Shown: piece by piece, positions 8,762 to 17,592 of the stretch
How positions within the stretch are numbered: the stretch's first letter is position 1
Layout of the letters: the number at the start of each line of letters is the position of its first letter
IMG/VR virus record: IMGVR_UViG_3300029309_000014
Span: 5,323 to 69,322 of that record
Source: a virus
Length of the DNA stretch: 64,000 nt
Direction: 5' to 3' (one strand)
Position numbers and translations under genes: made by a program
The notes under the pieces: model-generated
What the model was told of the DNA's origin: nothing
The model's database searches: none
Seen by the model: only the letters and a program-made list of their open reading frames with translations

Positions 8762-9075
8762 TTCTTTGCCATATATGCCTGTGCGCCAAAGTAAAAACCT
8801 ACAATAGAGGCTTGACTTAAAAATAACATATCACTAAGACTTGCCAGAAACTCTAATCTTTTTTCTGGTATCCACGGTACAAGTGGCAAAAGTGCGAAAC
8901 CAACCATACTAGCAACAGCAACCCAAGCCATTCGTTTTTGGGCATCTGCCTTTTCCTCTCGCAACTCTAACTCAAGCATATCCTTCGCATGAGCTATTTC
9001 CTCATCGGTAACAGTACCATCATTATCTAAATCATACTGTGCAAACCTAGAATTTTCTGATAAGGATTTTGGCAT
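8758..9075 (-). CDS. Membrane protein with EF-hand-like loop (holin-like)
   Basis: DLDNDGTVTDEE loop followed by two TM segments. Confidence 0.6.
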   Translation of the reverse strand: MPKSLSENSRFAQYDLDNDGTVTDEEIAHAKDMLELELREEKADAQKRMAWVAVASMVGFALLPLVPWIPEKRLEFLASLSDMLFLSQASIVGFYFGAQAYMAKK

Positions 9076-9078
9076 CGT

Positions 9079-9309
9079 TTAAAAAACACCTTTAAACTTT
9101 GTTCCTTGCAGAGCTGCTCTACCACCACGCGAAAGAGAGCGTTTTGCAACCTCACCAGTTCTAGGGGAACCCTTACTGCGATTAGCAATACCTCTGCGCT
9201 TAAATTCTTCAAATGACATAGTTTCATCATAATTGCCATCATAAAACATTTCGCGCAGTGCTTGCTCTGGATCAATGGGTATTTCTTTTACATCTTTATC
9301 ATCTGCCAT
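9079..9309 (-). CDS. Small protein ending in SRGGRAALQGTKFKGVF
   Basis: 76 aa ORF in the gene run. Confidence 0.6.
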   Translation of the reverse strand: MADDKDVKEIPIDPEQALREMFYDGNYDETMSFEEFKRRGIANRSKGSPRTGEVAKRSLSRGGRAALQGTKFKGVF

Positions 9310-9318
9310 TAGGGTCTC

Positions 9319-10488
9319 CTAATCTAAAATATCTGTTAATGAAGCGATGCCACTTTTCCCAGCTTTTAAAGCTGCTTCATATGCTTCTTGTAAATTTGTC
9401 GTATCAAACCCAGATGAGCCCCTGTTCCGAGAAGTACCCACAGGGTTGCTAGTATAGGTTCTACCTTTTCGTGCTAATGTCGGTGAAAGCTGTTGCATTT
9501 TATCCCGCATAGCACCGAAATTAAAAAAAGCTAATTGATCAGCAGTAGAAGGACCACCTAAAGCACGGAAAGATGTATCTATGTTTTCTGGTGTAATACG
9601 AGAATCAGGTTCTCTATCTGGAAACCCTACATTTACATCACCAAAAGGTGTAGGCACATCTACAGTACGCGGCAAACCAAAATAATCTAAAGCATCATTT
9701 ACTGACGGTCCTGGAGGAGGAGCTATGTTTAATTCGGGTATAGTGACAGTGAGATCATCTAAATTAAATGCTGTTTGTTGTGTTCCTGGAGGCATACCAG
9801 AAGTGGTGGGGGCAGTATAATTATCCTGCATAAACTGTCCTGCTTTAGTTTGGGCTCTGCCAAGAGGAGCATCATCAGGGCGACCTGTATATTCACCAAT
9901 AATACTATCTTTACCCACTACTGTACTACCAGAAGCTATCCCTTGATTTTTTGTTGCAGGATTTGTTGTAGAACCTAGCCCCATCCTGCCAGCAATAGTA
10001 TTTGCTAATCCAACAATACCTTTCACAGTATCAGTTCCAGGAACAACTGCCGATAATATACCTAATGGTGTATTTCGTCCAGGAACAACCATATTCTCTA
10101 TATTTTGACCAAAACTTTTTTTAGTATCGTAGCCAAACATTCCAGGAATATCTGTTGGCTCTCTATACCCTAATTGATCAGCTACATAATTTTGTGTAGA
10201 AGTAGCATATGGATTCATACCTTGAGACAATGCATCTAAAGCCGCATTATACGCATCCGCTCCTGGACCAGACATTCTACCAGTAGCTTCATACCCAACA
10301 TTGCCACCACTTTCACTAAAAGGGCTGTCTTGTCTACCAATGCCAGAGCCACCGCCATCGCCACCACCACCACTAAAAGTATCGGCCGTTAAACTACTCT
10401 GTCCTTCACCCATACCTCCGCCAAAAGAGCCACCGCCATAGCCGACGTTGCCTCCACTTTCACTATCGGGACCATCTTGTCTACCCAT
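9319..10488 (-). CDS. Gly-rich low-complexity protein, possibly an internal virion protein
   Basis: Duplicated GRQD..SESGGNVGY motif; C-terminal GIASL; directly downstream of portal. Confidence 0.6.
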   Translation of the reverse strand: MGRQDGPDSESGGNVGYGGGSFGGGMGEGQSSLTADTFSGGGGDGGGSGIGRQDSPFSESGGNVGYEATGRMSGPGADAYNAALDALSQGMNPYATSTQNYVADQLGYREPTDIPGMFGYDTKKSFGQNIENMVVPGRNTPLGILSAVVPGTDTVKGIVGLANTIAGRMGLGSTTNPATKNQGIASGSTVVGKDSIIGEYTGRPDDAPLGRAQTKAGQFMQDNYTAPTTSGMPPGTQQTAFNLDDLTVTIPELNIAPPPGPSVNDALDYFGLPRTVDVPTPFGDVNVGFPDREPDSRITPENIDTSFRALGGPSTADQLAFFNFGAMRDKMQQLSPTLARKGRTYTSNPVGTSRNRGSSGFDTTNLQEAYEAALKAGKSGIASLTDILD

Positions 10489-12890
10489 TACCCACCCCCT
10501 CTATTAGCTGTGCGTTGTAGGGCTATCTGTGCTCGCATCGCAGCTATATCTTCTGTGCTGCCAATACGCTCACGTTGGATGGCGGCTTGCTCATTTGCTT
10601 TTTGTTTATTAAACTCCAGCTCCATTTGCTCTTGGCGAGCATCCTGCATTTGATCTTGTTGGCGTAGCATAAGCTCTTGCTGTTTTAATTCAACTAATGG
10701 GTCTTGTTTCTGCATACCCATTAATTGTGCTTCTTCTTGTAGATATGCTGTAATTAAATCCGACTCTATTTCATCTAAACGGCTTTGCATCATTTCAGGT
10801 GGTATTTGTTGACCCTGTTGTTGCATCTGCTGCATCTCTTGCTGAGCAATCATTTGTGCTTTCATAGATAAATGCTCAAATATATGTGTTTGCAAAATCT
10901 GCATTGCTGCAGGATTACCTTTTACAATAGCACTATTGAAATAAGCTAAATGTGATTTTATATGTGCATCATGGTTTTGTTCTGGGAAGGCTTTTAATTG
11001 TTGTCTACCAGCCATAGCTAATTGCAATTGACCATTTTCAGTAATGGCATTTGTGGGCTTTGGCTGTTGTGGGGGAGTAAGTATTTGCTCAATATTATCC
11101 ACACCCAAAGCACTATACATCCTGCGGTATGCTTCATAAGTATTATGCAACTGTGGGCTTGCTTGTGCGAGTTTTAATTGCTCACTCGCCAAACTCACAC
11201 GTTGTGACATACTGAAAATATTAGGGTTAGCTACTGGTACAATATCTACACGACCATCAAAATCCTGTGCTTTCATACCTTGTTGGTTGCCAGTAACATT
11301 GTACAAATAATCACTGCCATCTGTACCGATTATTTCAGCAAGTAACTTAAACTCTTGCTTCATAGCATTGTACAAGCGTTTATGCACCGCAGACATAATA
11401 CGGCTACCACGCTCCATCAAGGCTACTGTCGTACCAACAGGCATTTCAGTATTTTGGATATTGCCTGTGCCAATATCTGTAGTACCTACAAATTTTTGTG
11501 CTGCCTGAACTACAAAACCAAGCAGCTGGAACAGAGTCGCGCTCGGCTCTTTGTAGGGCAAAGGTAAGAGCGAGCCGCGTAACTCTGTTCCAACAACATC
11601 TACATCGCGCCATTCTCCGGGCTGAAGTGGCTGGTCATCATCACGGATACGTAACCCTCGTGCTTTAAATCCTGCTGGCATATTTGACAAAGTGCCAGCA
11701 TCTATCAGCTGTCTAAGGTTAGCTGTAGCTGTACGCGATAGATTACCAAGTAAATGAATCAAACCATTACCGTAAAAACCCAATCCTGGAGTAAACATAT
11801 AATGAATAAAAAACTGTTTTTTACGCTTAAACGTATCATTATCAGCATAATTACGGTAAATAGATAAAACTTGACCAGAATCTGCAGAAACAGTAACAAT
11901 ATATGGCAGTTTTATACCTGTCGGCTCACCATCTTCATCTTTATCAGCAAAATCTTCTATATCTAGGTAACAATGGCACTCATAAAGCACTAATTCTTCA
12001 TAAGAACCTGATTTTTCCAAACCAGAAAGCTCTTCTTTAGCCTCTTTTAACTCATCATACTCACCTTCTCCAGGATATACCTCTAAATCACGGTAAAAAC
12101 CATTTACTTGTAACTTGCGTAACTCATTTTCAGTCATACGAATGATATGTGTTACACGTTCTGTGCTTGCTAAATCAGTAGCATTGTATGGAACTAGCAA
12201 ATCTTCGGCTTGTATAAACTTACTTACCTGTCTGCCTAGTTGTGGATCAGGGTATACCTTCTTAAATGCACTACCGCATAGCCCTAAGTAGTATAACATC
12301 TGGTCAAATTCAGAATCATACTCTTCCATAACATGCAGAATCTGGTAATTCATCTCTGTTTTAATACGTTCTGCCTGTTTCTCTAATTCTGGTGATGTAT
12401 CACCCAAGACTTGTGTGCGGACAGGACCACTCGGAGGCAATAATTCTTTATAGGCTTGGCTTTGAAACTGGCTAACAGCTTCATTCAACATAGGATGTAT
12501 TACACCAGTAGCACCCTGAAAAGGTTCTGTACGATTATCGTACTTTACACCCAATAAATCTAAACCTTTTGTATATGTGCTTAACCATTCATTACGAGAA
12601 GCTTTATCCTCATCTACTTTTTCAAGCACCATACTAGATATACCTGTAAGTTCATCATCATCGATAAACTCAGCTAGGTTATCCATAAATTTTGCTTCAC
12701 CTTTATCCTCCGCATCAGGTTCGGCAAACTCTACTGAACCATCTTCAAGTGTGGACATCTCCATACCATCAAAAGAAGGTTCAGGGGCAGCGGTCGGTAG
12801 TTCTATTTCTAATTCATCACTAGGCAGTGGTTGACCAACTAAAGTAAATTCACGCTCAACATTATTATAAGGGCTAGGTTTTTTCGCCAC
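10488..12890 (-). CDS. Portal protein
   Basis: 800 aa after TerL; LCGSAFKKVY, GFYGNGLIHL, LRQLIDAGTLSN, PVGTTVAL motifs; Q-rich coiled-coil tail of P22-like portals. Confidence 0.88.
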   Translation of the reverse strand: MAKKPSPYNNVEREFTLVGQPLPSDELEIELPTAAPEPSFDGMEMSTLEDGSVEFAEPDAEDKGEAKFMDNLAEFIDDDELTGISSMVLEKVDEDKASRNEWLSTYTKGLDLLGVKYDNRTEPFQGATGVIHPMLNEAVSQFQSQAYKELLPPSGPVRTQVLGDTSPELEKQAERIKTEMNYQILHVMEEYDSEFDQMLYYLGLCGSAFKKVYPDPQLGRQVSKFIQAEDLLVPYNATDLASTERVTHIIRMTENELRKLQVNGFYRDLEVYPGEGEYDELKEAKEELSGLEKSGSYEELVLYECHCYLDIEDFADKDEDGEPTGIKLPYIVTVSADSGQVLSIYRNYADNDTFKRKKQFFIHYMFTPGLGFYGNGLIHLLGNLSRTATANLRQLIDAGTLSNMPAGFKARGLRIRDDDQPLQPGEWRDVDVVGTELRGSLLPLPYKEPSATLFQLLGFVVQAAQKFVGTTDIGTGNIQNTEMPVGTTVALMERGSRIMSAVHKRLYNAMKQEFKLLAEIIGTDGSDYLYNVTGNQQGMKAQDFDGRVDIVPVANPNIFSMSQRVSLASEQLKLAQASPQLHNTYEAYRRMYSALGVDNIEQILTPPQQPKPTNAITENGQLQLAMAGRQQLKAFPEQNHDAHIKSHLAYFNSAIVKGNPAAMQILQTHIFEHLSMKAQMIAQQEMQQMQQQGQQIPPEMMQSRLDEIESDLITAYLQEEAQLMGMQKQDPLVELKQQELMLRQQDQMQDARQEQMELEFNKQKANEQAAIQRERIGSTEDIAAMRAQIALQRTANRGGG

Positions 12891-12985
12891 TTGACTTACC
12901 TCCCTGTATCACACGCAATTTGGGACGGTCAATAACAGCTACCTCATCCAATACTTTTTCAATATATTGTTTTAATTCTTCTATT

Positions 12986-14458
12986 CTAACCGTAATAGGA
13001 ATTTGTTCTTGGCGGTGCATCGACATAATCGTTATAATCCTCTGGGTGTTGTATAAACCCACCTTCGCGGAAACGTCGGAGAGCCTGTGTTACTGTATCA
13101 ACAAAATCATCATTTTCGCCAACAGGAAATGAAGCACACTCTTCTATCACTTCCTCTGCCCATCTAGTATCCGGAGCCCATACTAACCCACTTTCTAGGA
13201 TTGGCGCAATGGAGTTTACACGAGTATATTTATCATTACCTCTACTCGGGGAATAATTCTGCACTGGAATACCCATACTACGCAATTCTTGCGTTAATGG
13301 CATACCACTGGCTTTTGCCTCAATAATCACACATTCTGGTTCCCAATAATCATATTCTTCTTTTGCAATACGTTTTAATTCAGGAAAATCCCATCGGCCA
13401 CGTCGCGCATCTACCAAAACAATATTAGGTGCTTCACCCTCAACTGGGTAAAATACACCCCATGTTGTTATTGCACTATAATCAGCATTCTCTTTTTTAC
13501 TGTATGCTGTATCATAACTCTGCATCACATAACTTAATTTAGGAATATCTTCTTTTTCCCACTTATTCCACCACTCACGCTTTAATATAGCTGTTGTTTC
13601 ACTCGTCGGGTTTTGCTGCCATTGTGCTTCCCATTTACCAACTGATAATGAAGCCTTCACCTTTAATAATTCATCTTTTTTCCAAAACTCCGGCCATAAT
13701 ACCTTTTCATCATCTAATAATGCTGGAAACTCTATTACCTCCCACTGGTCTGCTAATACATCCCGCGCCTGTTGCTTTAATAATTTGCCAGTCAAATCTA
13801 TCTCTGACCAACGCGTCATCACAATTACAATCGCTCCTCCAGGCTGCAATCTTTGCCGTGGACCAGATGTATACCACTCATAGGCATTCTCTAATGCTGC
13901 TGGGGATAAAGCATCTTGTTCAGAGTGTGGGTCATCAATAATCATTAAATCCGCACCACGGCCTGTAATCGCACCCCCTACACCAGCCGCAAAATATTCA
14001 CCGCCAGCATGGGTCTCCCATCGGCCAGCCGCACTACTATCCTGTCGCAATTTAACATCTGGAAAGACTAGAGAGTAATCGTTACTATTCATAAGGTTAC
14101 GCACCTTTCGGCCAAACCTTACTGCTAACTCACCTGTATGCGTTGCCTGTATTATCTTTAATTTTGGATTTAATCCCATTAAATAACTCGGCAATAAATA
14201 ACTTGCATACTCTGACTTTGTATGTCTTGGCGGCATATTCACAATTAACCGCTTAATACTACCATCAGCTAAACCATTAAACTTCTGCGCCATTATCTTA
14301 TGGTGCTTCCCCTCAATAAACTCAGGCCATACTGTTTTGCAGTAGGCCATAAAATCCTTCCTCGCGTGATCACTCGAGATATGCTGTTTCTGCTTCTCAA
14401 GCAACCGCGCATACTGCTTTAATACTTCTTCGGGGATAGTTACCGGAACATCACTCAT
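12986..14458 (-). CDS. terL: Terminase large subunit
   Basis: NMPPRHTKS Walker A-like, GADLMIIDDP Walker B, VMTRW, SYDTA nuclease Asp, NDDFVD. Confidence 0.93.
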   Translation of the reverse strand: MSDVPVTIPEEVLKQYARLLEKQKQHISSDHARKDFMAYCKTVWPEFIEGKHHKIMAQKFNGLADGSIKRLIVNMPPRHTKSEYASYLLPSYLMGLNPKLKIIQATHTGELAVRFGRKVRNLMNSNDYSLVFPDVKLRQDSSAAGRWETHAGGEYFAAGVGGAITGRGADLMIIDDPHSEQDALSPAALENAYEWYTSGPRQRLQPGGAIVIVMTRWSEIDLTGKLLKQQARDVLADQWEVIEFPALLDDEKVLWPEFWKKDELLKVKASLSVGKWEAQWQQNPTSETTAILKREWWNKWEKEDIPKLSYVMQSYDTAYSKKENADYSAITTWGVFYPVEGEAPNIVLVDARRGRWDFPELKRIAKEEYDYWEPECVIIEAKASGMPLTQELRSMGIPVQNYSPSRGNDKYTRVNSIAPILESGLVWAPDTRWAEEVIEECASFPVGENDDFVDTVTQALRRFREGGFIQHPEDYNDYVDAPPRTNSYYG

Positions 14459-14652
14459 ATTATTCTAATAATATAAAAATTTTCTCGGCGCAATGATCTC
14501 GGATCAATGTTTCAAAAAAGGGGGTATGGGTACGCTGTATAATTTTCAGAGTGGTAACGATTTGGACAGAACCGTGTACTGCGCTGGTGCTTGTACACCA
14601 CTCGTCGCGCTAGGGGGGTTGCCCTGTGGCAAAAGTGCAACAGTGTTGCAAA

Positions 14653-14681
14653 CCAGCCGCCAAGTACCTTTTGGCGGCTGG
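14653..14681 (-). terminator. Hairpin terminator after the 176-aa gene
   Basis: CCAGCCGCCAA-N7-TTGGCGGCTGG perfect 11-bp stem, followed by TTT on the minus strand. Confidence 0.65.
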
Positions 14682-14691
14682 CTGCTAGGGG

Positions 14692-15222
14692 TTAGCTGCT
14701 AACCACCAGTTTGCACAGTGGGTTGCCCCAGCCTACGCTGCTAGGGCTGCTGCCGCCAGCCATAGCCTTTAACACTGGGTTTTGGTTAAGGCTGCTGGTA
14801 ACGCTGCTGCCGCTATTAGCAGCAATAGCATTTACCATTGCAAGCGGCACAGCGGCTGGCACTTTAGTAGGCACTGTGGTTTTTAACCAGCCAAAGCTAG
14901 TAATAAACTTAGGCTTTGGTGCGGTATAGCCTTGTGCGCTAGGCTGCCAATACTTAGCTGGCAAGCCACCATTAACCATAACCCAAAGCATTTGCCCAAA
15001 GTGGCCTATTGCCTTGCCGTTGGCTGGCTGCATAGCACGCCAAAAGTTAGCACCGCCCATAAGCGCGTTGGCTTGCACGGCGGCTGGTGTTAGCTGCACG
15101 TTAATATTGCCAATGCCATTAGCAGTAATAAACGCCTTAATAGCAAGGCTGCAATAAACGCCTTGGCTACCCAAATTTGCGGCCGTAAAGGCTGCCGCTG
15201 CCTGTGTTGTTGTGTTACCCAT
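14692..15222 (-). CDS. Asp/Glu-free 176-aa protein, paralog of 17593..18051
   Basis: Long ORF with upstream AAAAGGGG RBS-like element and a terminator; collinear similarity to the 152-aa protein. Confidence 0.8.
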   Translation of the reverse strand: MGNTTTQAAAAFTAANLGSQGVYCSLAIKAFITANGIGNINVQLTPAAVQANALMGGANFWRAMQPANGKAIGHFGQMLWVMVNGGLPAKYWQPSAQGYTAPKPKFITSFGWLKTTVPTKVPAAVPLAMVNAIAANSGSSVTSSLNQNPVLKAMAGGSSPSSVGWGNPLCKLVVSS

Positions 15223-15356
15223 TGGTAAACCCCTTTTGTAAAAAGCAAAGCACCATTGCCTTGCCCTATTGTTATGGCATAGGTGGTATATGTTTGTAAA
15301 CCCCTAAAAGCACATTAATGCAAATAAAGTTATTATTGCACCAAGTATTGCCGCCA

Positions 15357-15539
15357 CTAACATTTATGCCGCCATGCGCTAATGTAACCATGCGCGGCTA
15401 ACACCAGCCCCATAACAAACATAAACACGTTTATATAATGGTGCATTGGCGGCAAGTTAAACGTGCCTAAACTAGCAAACATTAATGTAACACCAGCCAC
15501 CATATTTAACGTGCAAAAAAACATATATACATAAACCAT
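15357..15539 (-). CDS. Asp/Glu-free 60-aa two-TM membrane protein
   Basis: ATG 15539 preceded by AAAAAGGGG; MVYVYMFFCTLNMVAGVTLMFASLG..VFMFVMGLVLAAHGYISAW. Confidence 0.6.
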   Translation of the reverse strand: MVYVYMFFCTLNMVAGVTLMFASLGTFNLPPMHHYINVFMFVMGLVLAAHGYISAWRHKC

Positions 15540-15699
15540 AATAAAACCCCTTTTTGTTTGTTGCGTTATGTAAATACTTAAAAGCAAAAACACGCTCAAG
15601 CAAGCGGCAATGTGCTCAAAAAATATCGCGGCCTGATCTCTAAAGAGACCGTATATGATAGATGCGATCACGTCCAGGATCGGATGGAAAGATAGATCA

Positions 15700-15722
15700 A
15701 TCCATCCATCCATCCATCCATC
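15700..15722. repeat. (ATCC)5 microsatellite within a GATC-rich patch
   Basis: atccatccatccatccatccatc; four GATC within 15635-15698. Confidence 0.85.
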
Positions 15723-15737
15723 GGCTACAAAAAGGTT

Positions 15738-15763
15738 GGTAGGGCAACCGAAGTCGCCCTACC
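15738..15763 (-). terminator. Intrinsic terminator
   Basis: GGTAGGGC..CGAA..GCCCTACC stem-loop followed by AACCTTTTT on the minus strand. Confidence 0.7.
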
Positions 15764-15770
15764 GTTGGGG

Positions 15771-16136
15771 TTAACTGATATCGTGCCAATGCCAACGGTA
15801 CTCGTTTTTTGGCTCGTCAAAAGTTGGCTCCTCAAGGTTGGGTTTAGCCTCAAGTTTTTGCCAGCGTGGTTGGCTACCGTCAATGTACTTAAACCAAACC
15901 TCATCTTTACCGTCGGCAGTAAAGACATCCTTACCATGGTAAAAGATCTCGCAGTCTTGGTTGCTCCAACTTGGGCAACCGTCGGCGTCAAAAAGGTCGT
16001 CGTCTTTTTCATAATTTATGTACACGTTTTGATAAAAACGCAAACCTTGTATAAGGCTTAGGATGTCAACGGCATTTACCCGTCGTACATGTATAGCTGT
16101 TGTAAAGCTATTATGGTGGTCAACTATATAAAGCAT
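15771..16136 (-). CDS. Hypothetical protein (TC-poor coding strand)
   Basis: 121 aa; GAGG RBS upstream and terminator downstream. Confidence 0.65.
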   Translation of the reverse strand: MLYIVDHHNSFTTAIHVRRVNAVDILSLIQGLRFYQNVYINYEKDDDLFDADGCPSWSNQDCEIFYHGKDVFTADGKDEVWFKYIDGSQPRWQKLEAKPNLEEPTFDEPKNEYRWHWHDIS

Positions 16137-16308
16137 TGTACTTACCTCGTTTTGTAGCTGTTACCAAAATTAGTAACAATTAAAAGGTAGCACACAGCAC
16201 ATCGCTGAGTGTCCTACTTGGTCGCTGTGACGTCTTAAGATGTCCAGCTCTGATGTCTTTTGAGGTCTGTTTTGTTTGAGTATATATGATGGTGTATATA
16301 CATATGAA

Positions 16309-16770
16309 TCATTCGTCATCTTTCATCGTCCATCTATCCATGTCCATCGGGTCGTCGCTCGTCATCAATCGTCCGAGGACTCTTGCCCATCCATCACGAT
16401 CCATCGGCCATTCCATTCGATCATCGTACACTGGCTCATCATCCATCAATCTCTTGCTCAGGTTACGACCATCCAAAAATAATAGCTGACTAGACGAAAG
16501 ATGATGGACCAAGTTCCAAACGCATCCACCAACAGAGGTTCTTGAGGTCTGCCATGCTATTTGATGAGGACGCCATTGTGGGAACTTCTTGTCAGACTTT
16601 GTCGTAAGAACCTTTAGCTCAACCCAAAAGTCCTTGCCATTCAAGCAACCGTTGACGTCAGGTACTCCTGGACTCGCCCACGACTCCATCCTAGTCCAAT
16701 GCACCCCGAGGGGCTTGGTTCCATCACGTAGGGCTTTCCAAAGTTTAGATTCAGGCTTCTTTGTCGCCAT
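16309..16770 (-). CDS. PD-(D/E)XK nuclease, Holliday-junction-resolvase/VRR-NUC-like
   Basis: ESKLW..TRMES..GVPDVNG..FWVELK..RPHQIAW motifs. Confidence 0.75.
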   Translation of the reverse strand: MATKKPESKLWKALRDGTKPLGVHWTRMESWASPGVPDVNGCLNGKDFWVELKVLTTKSDKKFPQWRPHQIAWQTSRTSVGGCVWNLVHHLSSSQLLFLDGRNLSKRLMDDEPVYDDRMEWPMDRDGWARVLGRLMTSDDPMDMDRWTMKDDE

Positions 16771-17305
16771 CAGGTAGAACCTCCAAGTTGTCCATTTCTA
16801 TGACAGGGCTGGTTGCTTCTACCAATGCTGGATACTCTTGCTGTATCCGCTTAATTTCAGTGAGCACTTCTTCTTTACTCATTTGGTCTATTTTACCATG
16901 CAGTATTTCTTTACGATCAATGTAAAGACCTGCCGCTGAACCTCTGGCTTTTTCAGCAGATACGGCGGCGGCATAGTTTCCATTTTGCAATGCTTGGTCA
17001 CGCAGTTGTGCGAGCTTTTGTACATGACTTTCAAAAGTAACCTCGTACTTATGCTGTAGCTCTTTCTTGATTTCATAAACCCTTTGCAAGACTTGTGGGT
17101 AGTTACGACCATTTAGCATATGACTCGCAATAGAGTGTGCGTTGGATTCAGCATACCCTGCCCTGAGTGCCGCTTCCGTTTGCGTAACCTCTTCTGTAGC
17201 ATAAATCATTGCAAATTTTTCCTGCATGGGTGTCAGCCCTTTTTCCACCCGAGGGTTTGCAACAATGTCCAAACTATTTTTGTGAGTGACTTTTGCTTTT
17301 GCCAT
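16751..17305 (-). CDS. terS: Terminase small subunit
   Basis: LTPMQEKFAMIY..TQTEAALRAGY HTH; AAVSAEKARG..GLYIDRKE. Confidence 0.85.
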   Translation of the reverse strand: MAKAKVTHKNSLDIVANPRVEKGLTPMQEKFAMIYATEEVTQTEAALRAGYAESNAHSIASHMLNGRNYPQVLQRVYEIKKELQHKYEVTFESHVQKLAQLRDQALQNGNYAAAVSAEKARGSAAGLYIDRKEILHGKIDQMSKEEVLTEIKRIQQEYPALVEATSPVIEMDNLEVLPDGDKEA

Positions 17306-17592
17306 GAGATCATACTACTTTTCTATAATAGGAACGTAAATAGAAATCGAGTCATTACAAAAAACCAACGGCTCAAACTCGCGTAGCTGTCTAAAGTTTA
17401 GACTACAATATATGAATTAGAGGTATAATCCTTTGATATGATTGTATAGCCATATATCGTATATTTGAATATCGGATAGAGTACAATACCCCATATTTCA
17501 TTTTTGATACTATATATAAAAGTAGCACAATATCAAAGAGAGCCATGATCCGTGGACCATGACCCTCTACTTGCCTTTCGTATAATTTGTGA

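Larger units (their letters stand above)
14607..15596. other. ~990-bp tract with no GA or TC dinucleotide
   Basis: Manual scan including block boundaries: last TC at 14605-14606, next TC at 15596-15597, no GA between. Confidence 0.92.

Noticed and set aside
14607-15596. Amino-acid bias or low complexity as the cause of GA/TC absence
   Set aside because: Absence holds in all frames, both strands and intergenic DNA while overall sequence complexity is normal.
15540-15713. N-terminal extension of the 118-aa ORF (MDGWIDL..)
   Set aside because: It begins in the (ATCC)n repeat; ATG 15539 has the RBS-like element and is preferred.
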